Assembly (NCBI GenBank): GCA_965261595.1
Contig: CBDHDG010000006.1
Span: 128,001 to 192,000 of the forward strand
Length of the DNA: 64,000 bases
Direction: 5' to 3'
DNA from: a bacterium
Lineage (GTDB): Bacteria; UBA8248; JACPRG01; G963555815
Part shown: one piece after another, positions 21,420 to 31,981 of the stretch
Numbering within the stretch: the stretch's first letter is position 1
Layout: every line of letters begins with the position of its first letter
The notes under the pieces: model-generated
Seen by the model: the letters and a program-made list of their open reading frames with translations, nothing else
Told to the model about the DNA's origin: nothing
Databases searched by the model: none
Translations under genes and position numbers: made by a program

Positions 21420-23766
21420 TTATGTCCCTTCCCTCTTGGGCGCCGGGCGGTCCGGCGGTTTCGCGGCCGCTGGCTCCTCCCGCCGAAATTCCGTCCGGAG
21501 CTTCTCGGGCGTGATGGGCAGCGAGGTGATCCGCACCCCGGTGGCGTCGTAGACGGCGTTCGCCACCGCCGCGGCCGCCGGATCGATGGAGGTCTCCGCC
21601 GCCGCCTTGGCGCCGAAAGGCCCGAGCTTCTCATCGCTTTCGACGGTGATCGTCTGGATCGCCGGCGTCCCCTCCGCCTTGGGCAGGGTGTAGTCGGCGA
21701 AGTTCCCGTTGACGATCCGGCCGTTATCCATGACCAGGTTCTCGTACAGGGCGAAGCCCAGCCCCTGAACCAGGCCGCCCTGAGACTGCGCATGGGTGAC
21801 CAGGGGGTTGACTGCGATCCCGATGTCGTCGGCGGTCGTGACCCGGCGCACATCGATCCCGCCGGTCTCCATGTCCACCTCCACCTCGGCCACCGCCGCC
21901 GAGAAGGTGTAGCCCATGCCGACGTTGCCGTATCCGGTCTCGGGGTGGGGCATCTCGGTCTCCGCGTCATAACTCGCGAAGGCGACGAGGGGCGCTCCCC
22001 CCTGCGCCTCCTGCGCCGCGGCCGCGACCCGCTCCATGGGGGCGCTGCGTCCGGACGCCCCTTTCACGGAAAACACCCCGCCGGCCGCCTCCAGGTCCGC
22101 CGGGTCCGCCTCGAGGAGCCCCCCCGCCGCGCGGTCCAGCCGCTCCCTCAACATGCCGGCCGCCTTCCGGACCGTGTTGCCTGAGATCATCGTGAGCCGG
22201 CTGGCGCTGGCCCCGCCCGCCGGCGGCGTGAGGTCGGTGTCCGCCGCCGAGACGTCCACATCGGAAACCTTCAGGCCGAGGGTCTCGGCGCAGACCTGCG
22301 CCAACATCGTTTTCGTCCCCTGGCCGATGTCGCCTTCACCCGTGAGGATCGCGGCCCGGCCGTCGGGGTTGAGCCGGATCAGCGCCGTGGCGCCGTCCCA
22401 AGGCCCCCGCCGGCTTCCGCTGACGTGGATGGCGCAGGCCAAGCCGAGACCGCGCCGACGCTTTCCCGCACCCCCCCCCTTCTCTCCCCCGGTCCCGCCG
22501 ACGGCCGGCCCACCCGGCGGCTTCCGTCGCCCGTTCGATACACGTCCGCAGGGCGCACGAGCCGATCTTCCATCCGTGCACGCTCACCTCGTTGGAAGAA
22601 ACAGCGTTGACCAAACGGATTTCGGCGGGATCGAGACCGAGACTTTCGGCCAGATGGTCCAGACAGGAATCCATGGCGAAAACCATCTAGGGGATCCCGA
22701 ACCCCCGAAAGGCGCCGGTCGGCGGATTGTTGGTGTAGGCCAGGCGGGCGCGGACGCTCAGAACCCGGTTCCGGTAGCAGCTGTCGGCCCGAATGGCGGT
22801 CGCCTCCATGATCCGGATCGACCAGCCCACGTTCGCCCCGGCGTCGGCCAGGATGTCGGAGATCTTGGCCAGGATTCGCCCTTGGCGGTCGACGGCGACC
22901 TTGAGGCGGATTCGCATGGGGACGCGGGGCCGGCCGCCGCCCTGGAACTCGTCCAGCCGGCTGTTGATCAGGCGCACGGGCCGGCCGGTCTCAACGGACA
23001 GCAGGGCGCTGAGCATGGCGTTGGGCTCGTCGCACCACTTCCCGCCGAAGGCGCCCCCGACGTGGGGCTGGATGATCCGCACCCTGGATTCGGACAGCCC
23101 CAGGGCCAGGGCGACGCGCATGCGGGAGAAGAAAACGCCCTGGGTCGAGGTCCAGACCGTCACCTTGCCGCCGGGCTCCACCTCGGCCAGACTGCCGATG
23201 GGCTCGGTGTAGCCGGGGTGTTGGAGGGAGGTTCGGTAGGTCTCCTCATGGACGGCGGCGGCCCGGTCCAGGCCGGATTCCGTGTTGCCGTAGGCGACGG
23301 CGAAGGTCCACGCGCAGTTGTCCGGATGCTCGTCATGAAGGGCCGGCGCGCCGGGCCGCAGGGATTCCTCGGGAGAGAAGACCTCGGGCAGGGGGTCGTA
23401 ATCGACCCGGATCTCCTCGAGGGCGTCCAGCGCGGCGGCCTCGTCCACCGCGGCGACGGCCACCACATCTTCGCCGATGAACCGGACCTTGCCCATGGCC
23501 AGGGCCGTCTGGTCCAGGGTCTCGAACCCCCACCGGACCTGGGGGATGTCCGCGCCGGTCAGGACGGCCTTGACGCCGGGCAGTCGGCGCGCACGCTCGG
23601 CGTCGATCGAGTGGATGCGGGCGTGGGCGATGGGGCTTCTCAGAACCTTGGCGTGGAGCATCCCCGGCAGCTTGAGGTCCGCGACGTACCGGGCCCGGCC
23701 CACGACCTTCTCGGGCGAGTCGATGAGGGGGGTGGGCCGGCCGATGACGTGGTAGGGTTTGGGCAT
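21420..23766 (-). pseudogene. Xanthine dehydrogenase family Mo-binding large subunit (HcrA/CoxL-like); in-frame TAG at 22687-22689 and frameshift in the C-run at 22471-22479
   Basis: LRSPIAHARI, VGGAFGGK, AFRGFGIP(stop where Q is expected), DIGQG, QSQGGLVQGLG, GPFGAKAAAE; the defects may be sequencing errors. Confidence 0.8.
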
Positions 23767-23963
23767 GTCGTTCTCACTGAGCACAAGTTGCCGGCAAAAG
23801 TTCCGGAATTCCGAGATCCATCGAACGGATCGGTTGGGGGCGAAATGCCGGGCCTCCCCCTACCCGATCGGCCCGTATTTCTCACAACGATTCTGTGACA
23901 GGCCCGTGTATGATCGGCCATTGGATTGCCGGCCGCCCCCTCCTCAAGGACAGGACGCACCCC

Positions 23964-25354
23964 GTGGCCAAGGACCTCCGCACCTAACCTGAAGCAGCTT
24001 CACGATCAGGCCCCGGAGGAGCTCCGGCGGGTCTCGCGGGAGGTCTCCCACGAGTACGAGCCCATCGCCCTCACCACGAAGATGGACCGGGAGGGAATCT
24101 TTCCCGCCGTCCTCTTCGAGCGGGTGAAGGGGTATGAGTTCCCCGTCATCGTCAACCTGCTCACCAACCGCAGGAAGCTCGCCGTCGCCCTGGACACGAC
24201 GGAGGACCGCGTCGCGGAAGTCCTGGCGTCGCGGGAGGTGAACTGGATCCCCCCCCCGGCGCGTCGACACCGGCCCGGTCAAGGACGTGATCTATGTCGG
24301 CGACGAAGCCGACCTGGGCCGCCTCCCCATCATTCTGCATTACGAGCGCAACGACGCGCCCTACGTCACGATGGGCGTTCTCGTGGCCAAAGGCCCCGAG
24401 ACGGGGGCGTTCAACCTGGGGCTTTACCGGAACAAGCTCATCAGCCGCAACCGGCTGGGCGTTTATTATAGCTGGGGCAAGCGCCTTCAGTACATGCACC
24501 TCAAGGCCGAGGCCCGGAACGAGCCGCTGGAATGCGCCCTCGTGATCGGGATGCACCCGGCCCTGCACATGGCCTCCCAATCCCAGATCACCCGGAAGGA
24601 CGGCTCGGACGAGTACGAGGTGGCGGGGGGAATCCTGGGCGAGGCGGTCGAGGTGGTCCGCTGCGAGACGGTGGACGTGGACGTGCCCGCCCACGCCGAG
24701 ATCGTCATCGAGGGGCGGCTCCTGCCCCACGTCCGGCAGCGCGAAGGCCCCTTCGGGGAATACCACCGGTACTACGGCCAGATCGTGGACGCCCCGGAGT
24801 TCGAGGTGACGGCCATCACCCACCGCCGGGACGCCATCTACCACAACCTCGGCCAGTACGTGGAGCAGGTCATCCTGGGGGGAATCCCCAACGAGGGGCA
24901 CCTGCTGCGGGAGCTTCGGAAGTTCGTCCCCTCTGTCCGGGCCGTCCGGGTCCCCCTCTCGGGGGTGCTGCTCCACGCCTACATTCAGATGGAGAAGGTC
25001 AACGAGGGGGACGCCAAAAACGTCCTCATGGGCGCCCTCACCCGGACGCCCTGGATCAAGCACGCCTTCGCCTTCGACCCGGATATCGACATCACCGATG
25101 ACGACGAGGTTCTCTGGGCGCTCTCGACCCGCGTCGTTCCGGACCGGGACATCTTTTTTGTCCCGGGCGCGCGCGGAAACCGGCTCGACCCGACGACGTA
25201 TGTCCTCACCCGCCTCGCGCGGGACGGGATAGTCACGAAGATGGGCGTCGACGCCACGGTTCCCATCGGGTATGAAGACCCGTTTCCCCGAAGGGCGAGG
25301 ATTCCCGGGGTTGAGGGTCTACGGCTGGAGGAATATTTGACGGGACGGGAGTGA
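23964..25354 (+). CDS. UbiD family decarboxylase; frameshifts near 23985 and 24255
   Basis: GTG start MAKDLRT(Y)LKQL; FNLGLYR, VPAHAEIVIEG, REGPFGEY, DDEVLWALSTR, TKMGVDAT. Confidence 0.85.
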
Positions 25355-25455
25355 AGGAAGGAGGCCCGTCCTCATCGAGACCGGCCGGCCCGTCCGCCGG
25401 GGAGCCAAGGGGGGATATCGGCCCGGACCCCATTTCCCCCTTCCAACCCGCTCTA

Positions 25456-26214
25456 TCAATTCATGTGAGACCCGCCGTCCACCGGAAGGGTCTGGCCCGT
25501 GATGAAGTCGGCCCCGTCGGAGAGGAAGAACACAATCGCCCCGACCAGGTCCTCCGGAACCTGGCTGCGGGGGATGGCGCGAACCTTGATCTGCATCTCG
25601 TCTTCAGCGTCGATCACGTCGGCCCGGGCTTCGAGGATGCTCTCGCTGCGGGTCAGGCCGGGGGCGACGCAGTTCACGCGGACGCCCTCCTTCCCCAGTG
25701 TCCGGGCCATGACGCGGGTCAGCGTTATCACGGCCCCCTTGGACACGACGTAATGGGGGGTCTTCGGCGTCCCCTTGAAGGGGGCGCCGGAGGCGATGTT
25801 GACGATCTTTCCCGCCCCCTGGTCTTTCATATAGGGATAGACGGCCTTCGTCATCAGCCACATGCCCTTGACGTTGATCTCGAAGACGCGGTCCCATTCC
25901 GCTTCGTCGATCTGATCGAAGGGCACGTATTTCAAATCGGCATAGAGGGCGGCATTGTTCACCAACCCGTCAATGCGGCCGTAAGCCCCGTGAGCGGCCT
26001 TCGCCAATTCTTCCGTGCTTTGGCCGCTGGACACGTCGCAGTGGACGAATGTGGCGTCTCCTCCGGCTTTCCGGATCTCTTCCACTGTCTCCCGGCCGTC
26101 GCGGATGTCGGAGACGACGACCTTCCCCCCCTCGGCGGCGATCCCTCCGGCGTAAACCCTGCCGATCCCCCGGGCCCCGCCGGTCACGATGACTACTTTG
26201 TCCTCAAGCAGCAC
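25456..26214 (-). CDS. SDR oxidoreductase
   Basis: TGGARGIG, NNAA, YVVSK; close paralog of 26604..27365. Confidence 0.92.
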   Translation of the reverse strand: MLLEDKVVIVTGGARGIGRVYAGGIAAEGGKVVVSDIRDGRETVEEIRKAGGDATFVHCDVSSGQSTEELAKAAHGAYGRIDGLVNNAALYADLKYVPFDQIDEAEWDRVFEINVKGMWLMTKAVYPYMKDQGAGKIVNIASGAPFKGTPKTPHYVVSKGAVITLTRVMARTLGKEGVRVNCVAPGLTRSESILEARADVIDAEDEMQIKVRAIPRSQVPEDLVGAIVFFLSDGADFITGQTLPVDGGSHMN

Positions 26215-26251
26215 GTGTATCCCCTTTCACTTGGTAGAGAACAAAATCATT

Positions 26252-26580
26252 ACCAGGGGGGGCTTTTTTGAAAAACCGCCCCCCCCTGGACCCCCCCTGA
26301 AAAACTTTTGGCGGCCGACGCTTCGCTTGGCCTTTTCGCGGGTGGAATTGTTCGAATAAGCGAGGCCTTGGGGCGCGCCGACTCTACAACCAAAGGCTCA
26401 AACCTTCCGATTACCGGGAAAAAACCGGCCCATTGTTCAAATACGAGAACCCCTCTCCGGCTACAAACAAACTCCTTTGCCAAACAATCATCCACCCCGG
26501 AAAGGCCAAGCCTCCGGCTTGGCCACAAAAAGTTTTCGAGGGGGGTCTGGGGGGACAGTTTTCAAAATGTCCCCCCAGGG
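26252..26580. repeat. Inverted pair of AAAAGTTTT-GGGGGTC(C/T)(A/G)GGGGG-TTTTCAAAA-CCCCC hairpin modules enclosing copy B of the 104-bp repeat (26421..26524)
   Basis: Modules at about 26252..26311 (minus) and about 26526..26580 (plus); a related module lies at about 12815..12897. Confidence 0.7.
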
Positions 26581-26603
26581 CTCTGTATCCTGATACAAAT
26601 CCG

Positions 26604-27365
26604 TTAAATCATATGACCGCCGCCTTCCACCAGGAGGGTTTGTCCCGTGATGAAATCGGCGCCGTCGGAGAGAAAGAAGACAATCGCCCCGACCAGGTCT
26701 TCGGGGACCTGGCCGCGCTGGATGGCCCGGCCCGCGATCTGCTCCGCCTCGTCGGCATCCATGAGCGCGGCCCCCCGGGCGGCCAGAACGCTGTCGCTCC
26801 GCGTCAGGCCGGGGGTCACACAGTTCACGCAGATGCCCTCCTTGCCCACCGTCCGGGCGAGGGACCGGGTCAGGGCCCCGACGGCCCCCTTGGAGGCGAC
26901 GTAATGGTACATCTTCGGCGTGCCCTTGAACGGGGTGCTCGAGCCGATGTTGATGATCTTCCCCGAGCCCCGCGCTTTCATGTAGGGATAGACGGCCTTC
27001 GTCATCTGCCACGTCCCTTTCACGTTGACGGCGAAGACGCGGTCCCATTCCTCTTCGTCGATCTCGTCGAACGGCACATACTTGAGCTCGGCGTGGAACG
27101 CGGCGTTGTTGACCAACCCGTCGATGCGGCCATATTGCTCGTGGGCGGCCTTCGCCACGGCGATGGTGTTGTCATTCACAGACACGTCGGCCTGAACGAA
27201 CACGGCATCGCCGCCCGCCCCCCGGATCTCTTCGGCCGCCGCCTCTCCATCGCGGAGGTCGGAGAGAACGACCTTGGCCCCCTGGGCGGCAATCCCGGCG
27301 GCGAGCACCTTGCCGATCCCACGCGCGGCGCCGGTGACGATGATAACCTTATCTTTAAGAAGCAT
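26604..27365 (-). CDS. SDR oxidoreductase
   Basis: TGAARGIG, NNAA, YVASK; tandem paralog. Confidence 0.92.
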   Translation of the reverse strand: MLLKDKVIIVTGAARGIGKVLAAGIAAQGAKVVLSDLRDGEAAAEEIRGAGGDAVFVQADVSVNDNTIAVAKAAHEQYGRIDGLVNNAAFHAELKYVPFDEIDEEEWDRVFAVNVKGTWQMTKAVYPYMKARGSGKIINIGSSTPFKGTPKMYHYVASKGAVGALTRSLARTVGKEGICVNCVTPGLTRSDSVLAARGAALMDADEAEQIAGRAIQRGQVPEDLVGAIVFFLSDGADFITGQTLLVEGGGHMI

Positions 27366-27476
27366 CTCCGCTGTCTCCGTTTTTCAACCGGAATCCGAAA
27401 CACCCGATCCGGAACCTTCGATCAGGCCGAAATCCAGGGTCATCCAATCCCTGTTCCACCCGACGACCCCGCACCC

Positions 27477-27674
27477 TCATCCCGTCTTCGGCACATACTT
27501 CCCCGTTTCCACTTCCCGTCCGAGGCGGTCGTCCTCGCGAAGCTTTCCCCAGGCCCGCAGGAGGTCCCGGTACTTGACGTCCGCGAACCGGATGAGAATG
27601 TCCTCGAAATGCGCCGGGCCCTCCCCCAGAAAGGCCAGGATTCGATCCGCCAGCTCTTGCGTCGATCCGCTCAT
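27477..27674 (-). CDS. Small hypothetical protein (65 aa), possibly winged-helix
   Basis: Strong GGAGGA RBS before ATG, natural-looking composition, first gene ahead of the SDR pair. Confidence 0.6.
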   Translation of the reverse strand: MSGSTQELADRILAFLGEGPAHFEDILIRFADVKYRDLLRAWGKLREDDRLGREVETGKYVPKTG

Positions 27675-27841
27675 ATTTCCTCCCCGTCCGGCCGAGAAAA
27701 CCGAACCATGAATCCGCCGATTCGAAAAGCTTCCGATTCGGAAATGGGTTGGATTCCGTCAAACCGTTCAGTCAGAAACCGATCGGGATTATATCGCAAC
27801 CGGGGCGGGAGGACATCCCGCCCCCCCGGAAAAAGGGTCGG

Positions 27842-27871
27842 TTGACAGGCGCGCCGCCAACAAGGTGTAAT
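27842..27871 (+). promoter_or_regulatory. Sigma-70-type promoter for the TRAP operon
   Basis: TTGACA-18 nt-TGTAAT, about 150 bp upstream of dctP. Confidence 0.55.
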
Positions 27872-28019
27872 TGGATTCGGGCAGTCGCAAATCAGCCGTT
27901 TTTCCCGTCTGAAGGTGAAGTGGGAAATTCGAGTGCTTGCCCCATTCGCAGCCGGAACCGCGCTTGGGGAAAGACACCCAGCGGGATGAGGTGAATCTTC
28001 GATCTTGGAGGAAGACACG

Positions 28020-29030
28020 ATGAAACGAATCGGACGAAACCTGGTGGTCAGTGTCGCGGTATTGGCCCTGGCCTTCATTTTCGGCGGGACCGGACCGGCC
28101 GCCGCCGCGCCCATCAAGCTTACGATGGTCGGCTCCTGGCCGCCTAAAATCTCCTCCGCGGCGGATGTGGGCATTCGGTTTTTGGAAGAGGTGAATCGGC
28201 GCGGCAAGGGAAAAGTGGTTATCCAGTTCAAGGGCGCCAAGGAAGTCGTGCCCACGTTCGACCAGCCGGAGGCGCTGGTGAAGGGCGTGTTCGACGTCTG
28301 GTACGGCGCCCCGAACTACTGGGCGGGCGTCGTCCCCGCCGGCTACGTCACGGAGCTCTCGCCTTTTCCCGTTCCGGACAACGGACCCGGCAGCGCGCTG
28401 TTCAACTTCATGGTCAAGATGTACGAGAAAAAGGGCGTCCGCTACCTGGGGCACTTCTCGGGCGACCCGGGCACCGGCAACCATTTCATGTACACCCAGA
28501 AATCGCTGTCGAGCATTGCCGACCTGAAGGGCAGAAAGATCAGGGTGCCCCCGCTGACCCGATTCGTCATCAAAGCGGTTGGCGCCGAGCCCGTCACCCT
28601 GCCCCCGTCCGAAGTGGGGCTCGCCCTGCAGCGCGGCACGGTGGAAGGCTTCACCTGGCCCTTCTATGACGGCTTCACCGCCTTCGGCTGGCACAAGGTG
28701 TCGAAATACATCATCCTTCACCCGCTCTATCGGGATGGCATCGGCATCAACATGAATCTGCGGAAGTGGAACAGTCTGCCCAAGGATGTTCAACAGATCA
28801 TCCTGGATTCCGTACGGGTGATCCAGGTCTGGTCTCAGGGATGGATTTCCGCGTTCCAGAGCACCCAATTGTCCGCCATGAAGAAGGCCGGCATGAAGGT
28901 CATCAAATTCTCGAAGGCCGAGGCCGCGCGCTGGGCCAAGACCTCCAATGACGCCCTGTGGGCGAATTTCAAGAAAGCCATGAGCGCGGCCGATTACGCC
29001 GAGGTCAGGAGGTTGATGAACTACAAATAA
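28020..29030 (+). CDS. dctP: TRAP transporter substrate-binding protein
   Basis: Signal peptide, DLKGRKIRVP, ALQRGTVEG, MNLRKWNSLPKDVQ; GGAGG RBS. Confidence 0.9.
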   Translation: MKRIGRNLVVSVAVLALAFIFGGTGPAAAAPIKLTMVGSWPPKISSAADVGIRFLEEVNRRGKGKVVIQFKGAKEVVPTFDQPEALVKGVFDVWYGAPNYWAGVVPAGYVTELSPFPVPDNGPGSALFNFMVKMYEKKGVRYLGHFSGDPGTGNHFMYTQKSLSSIADLKGRKIRVPPLTRFVIKAVGAEPVTLPPSEVGLALQRGTVEGFTWPFYDGFTAFGWHKVSKYIILHPLYRDGIGINMNLRKWNSLPKDVQQIILDSVRVIQVWSQGWISAFQSTQLSAMKKAGMKVIKFSKAEAARWAKTSNDALWANFKKAMSAADYAEVRRLMNYK

Positions 29031-29372
29031 ACTCCCCGGGCCAAGGCTCAATCGCTGACGCCCCGGCCGGCCCGTCCAACCTTCGGACGGGCCGGAACCG
29101 GAATTTCAAGGGGGGGAGGCATCGGACCCGCGTCGCTTTCGAGGGGGTCCGGCGCCTCCCCCCGCTCATCCTCCATCGCCTCATTCGGGGCCGTTCCTCT
29201 CGGCGCCGGGACCCGCTCGGGCGCCCGCCGCATCCAACCCGCTGAAGCCACCGAGGCGCACGCTCACCGGGCAGGGGAGGGGGGAGCCCCTCAGAAAAGC
29301 GCCGATTCCATCCGGGGCCGGCTCCTCCTTGCCATGGGGCGCCCCGCCGGGCCGGAAACAAGAGGTTCCCGC

Positions 29373-29891
29373 ATGACGCCGGGCAAAAAATCGACCCAGG
29401 TCTTCGATTCCATCTTGAATGTCGGCGGGGGATTGGCATGCGGACTGATGGTCACCGTCATGCTGTTGACCTGCGTCAAGGTCTTCTTCAGGTATGTCCT
29501 TCGGGAAGGGCTGCTCGGGGTCGACCAAATCAGCGGCACGTTGCTGCTCTACATCACCTTCCTCGGCTCCGCCTGGGTGCTGAGAAGGGAAGAGCACGTC
29601 ACCATCGACCTCCTGGTGACCCGGCTCAGCCCCAAAGTCCAGCGCTGGCTGAATATCGGCAACTCCATGATCGGCGCGTTGATCTGCCTGATTCTGACCG
29701 GGTACGGAACCATGGAAGTCGTCTATTCCTGGCAGAGGGGGATACTGATTCCGGCCGAGATCGAGATACCCAGGGTCGTCAATCTGGCCGTGATTCCACT
29801 GGGGAGCTTTTTCCTCTGGATCCAGTTCATGAGGCGGGCGCAACGGCATCTCCGCGGAGACGAGGCGGAGCGGATCAACACGAACGAATGA
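29373..29891 (+). CDS. dctQ: TRAP transporter small permease
   Basis: Four TM segments, VFFRY, EHVTIDLL. Confidence 0.88.
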   Translation: MTPGKKSTQVFDSILNVGGGLACGLMVTVMLLTCVKVFFRYVLREGLLGVDQISGTLLLYITFLGSAWVLRREEHVTIDLLVTRLSPKVQRWLNIGNSMIGALICLILTGYGTMEVVYSWQRGILIPAEIEIPRVVNLAVIPLGSFFLWIQFMRRAQRHLRGDEAERINTNE

Positions 29892-29902
29892 GGTGAGCGC
29901 CG

Positions 29903-31216
29903 GTGGAGTGGTGGACTTACATGTTGTTATTCTTCGGCGGCCTCACCGTCCTGCTGCTCACCGGGCTGCCGGTCGCCTTCGCTTTCATGCTGATCAACGT
30001 CATCGGGGTCTATGTATTCTGGGGCGGGTCGATTGGGTTGCAGCAGCTCATCCTCAGCATCGACAGCTCCATCTCGACCTTCGTGCTGGTGCCCGTCCCC
30101 ATGTTCATCCTCATGGGATCGGTGATGTTCCATTCCGGCATCGCCTACAGGATGATCGATGTCCTGGACGAATGGCTGGGGCGCATTGCCGGCCGGCTCG
30201 CGCTGCTCTCCGTGGCCGCCGGGGCTTTGTTCGCCACGCTGACCGGCGTCGCCATGGGCAGCGTGGCCATGTTGGGCTCGACCCTCGCCCCGGACATGCA
30301 AAAGCGCGGCTACAGCAAATCCATGTCCCTCGGACCCATCCTGGCCAGCGGCAGCCTCGCCATCATGATCCCGCCCACCGCCTTGGGCGTCATCCTGGCG
30401 AGCCTGGCCAGAATCCCCGTGGGCAAGCTCCTGGTGGGCATCATCCTGCCCGGCTTGCTCCTGGTCGTCGTTTACGCCGCATACATCATTGTCCGGTGCA
30501 CCCTCCAACCCTCCCTGGCGCCGGCCTACGATGTCTCCCCGACACCCCTCGGGCGCCGCGTCCGGAACACCCTTCGTTATGTCGCGCCGCTGATTTCCGT
30601 CATCTTCATCGTCATCGGAACCATCTTTTTCGGAATCGCCACACCCACGGAGGCGGCCGGCGTAGGCGCACTGCTCTGCTTTTTGCTGGCGGCCGCCTAC
30701 GGGAAGCTCACCTGGGCGGTGACCAAGAAGGCGGTCGGCTCGGCGGTCTCCATTTCCGTCATGGTGCTGATCATCCTCACCGGCTCGGCCGCCTTCAGCC
30801 AGATTCTGGCCTTCGCCGGCGTCACCGGCAGCCTGACCAAGCTTGGGGTCGGCCTGCCGGTGCATCCCATTGTCATCCTCATCCTGATGCAAATCGTCCT
30901 GGTGTTCCTGGGCATGTTCATCGAACAGACTTCCATTATCCTGGTCACCATCCCCATCTACATGCCCATCGTCAGCGCCCTGGGATGGGACCCGGTCTGG
31001 TTCGGGGCGATCATGCTCCTCAACCTGGAGCTGGCGACCATCTCGCCGCCCTTCGGGATGTCACTGTTCGTGATGAAAGGCATCGCCTCGCCCGACACCA
31101 CCATGGGAGACATCTACCGGGCGGCCCTTCCCTTCGTGGGGCTGAACCTCCTGGTCATGGCCATCATGATCTTTTACCCCGCGCTGGTGTTGTGGCTCCC
31201 GAGTTTCATGAAATAA
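29903..31216 (+). CDS. dctM: TRAP transporter large permease
   Basis: TGLPVAFA, VPMFILMG, IMIPPT, ATPTEAA, DPVWFG, ISPPFG. Confidence 0.92.
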   Translation: MEWWTYMLLFFGGLTVLLLTGLPVAFAFMLINVIGVYVFWGGSIGLQQLILSIDSSISTFVLVPVPMFILMGSVMFHSGIAYRMIDVLDEWLGRIAGRLALLSVAAGALFATLTGVAMGSVAMLGSTLAPDMQKRGYSKSMSLGPILASGSLAIMIPPTALGVILASLARIPVGKLLVGIILPGLLLVVVYAAYIIVRCTLQPSLAPAYDVSPTPLGRRVRNTLRYVAPLISVIFIVIGTIFFGIATPTEAAGVGALLCFLLAAAYGKLTWAVTKKAVGSAVSISVMVLIILTGSAAFSQILAFAGVTGSLTKLGVGLPVHPIVILILMQIVLVFLGMFIEQTSIILVTIPIYMPIVSALGWDPVWFGAIMLLNLELATISPPFGMSLFVMKGIASPDTTMGDIYRAALPFVGLNLLVMAIMIFYPALVLWLPSFMK

Positions 31217-31339
31217 CCCGCGGGGGGCGGGCTCCGGGGATCCATCCGTGGTCTGGATTTGAAGACATCGAACGGGCGGGCTCGGGCGGGAACCCGGGAT
31301 TGGAAGGAAGTCGCGGCCACGCCGCGCATCCGGCCCGGC

Positions 31340-31981
31340 CTACTTTGAAGGGGAGGGGGGCTCCCCCATCCGCCCCCGGCCGAACGTCGAGGAGACGTAC
31401 CGGGGCGCGCCAATCGCTTCCATGAAACGCTGCTTGGTCACAACCGGATCGAGCGGACGCGGGGGCTCGACAACCTGGACGTCCGGCTTCACCGCAAGCG
31501 CCAAAAAAGAAGGCCCGTCCCCCTCGATGGCGGACAGGAAAGCGCTCCGGAACCCCTCGGGGTCTCCGACATTCTCCGTCCGCGCCCATCCCGCCGACCG
31601 GGCCAAATCGGCCAGGTTGAGGTTCTGATTGGTGAGGGGTTGTCCGCCCGAGGCGGCGTGAACCCGGTTGTTCATCAGGAGAACGGTCAGGTTCCCCGGC
31701 GCCACCGCCCCGGCGGTGATCAGCGCGCCCATGTGCATCAGAAGCCCGCCGTCCCCCTCGACCCCCACCACCTTCCGCCCGGGCTGGGACACGGCCAGCC
31801 CCAGGGCGAGGGGCAGGGCGAGGCCCATGGCGTCTTCGATGTAAAAGTTCTCGGGCCGGTCACGGACGCGGGCCCAAAGATAGGAGGCGTTGCCCAAACA
31901 GGTCACGGTCAGGGCGTCGTCGGGAAGGCAATCGGCGAGGACGCGGTAATAATCTTCGCGGGTCGGGGCGGGCGGGCTCAC
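31340..31981 (-). CDS. ThDP-dependent decarboxylase beta subunit (sulfopyruvate decarboxylase ComE / phosphonopyruvate decarboxylase-like)
   Basis: ThDP motif EGDGGLLM...MNN, SGGQP; GTG start overlaps the alpha-subunit stop (GTGA). Confidence 0.82.
   Translation of the reverse strand: MSPPAPTREDYYRVLADCLPDDALTVTCLGNASYLWARVRDRPENFYIEDAMGLALPLALGLAVSQPGRKVVGVEGDGGLLMHMGALITAGAVAPGNLTVLLMNNRVHAASGGQPLTNQNLNLADLARSAGWARTENVGDPEGFRSAFLSAIEGDGPSFLALAVKPDVQVVEPPRPLDPVVTKQRFMEAIGAPRYVSSTFGRGRMGEPPSPSK

Noticed and set aside
22687..22689. In-frame TAG codons (also 56237) as pyrrolysine or amber recoding
   Set aside because: No pyl genes are in the window, TAG is a normal stop for several genes here, and CAG to TAG at a conserved Gln is the simpler explanation.
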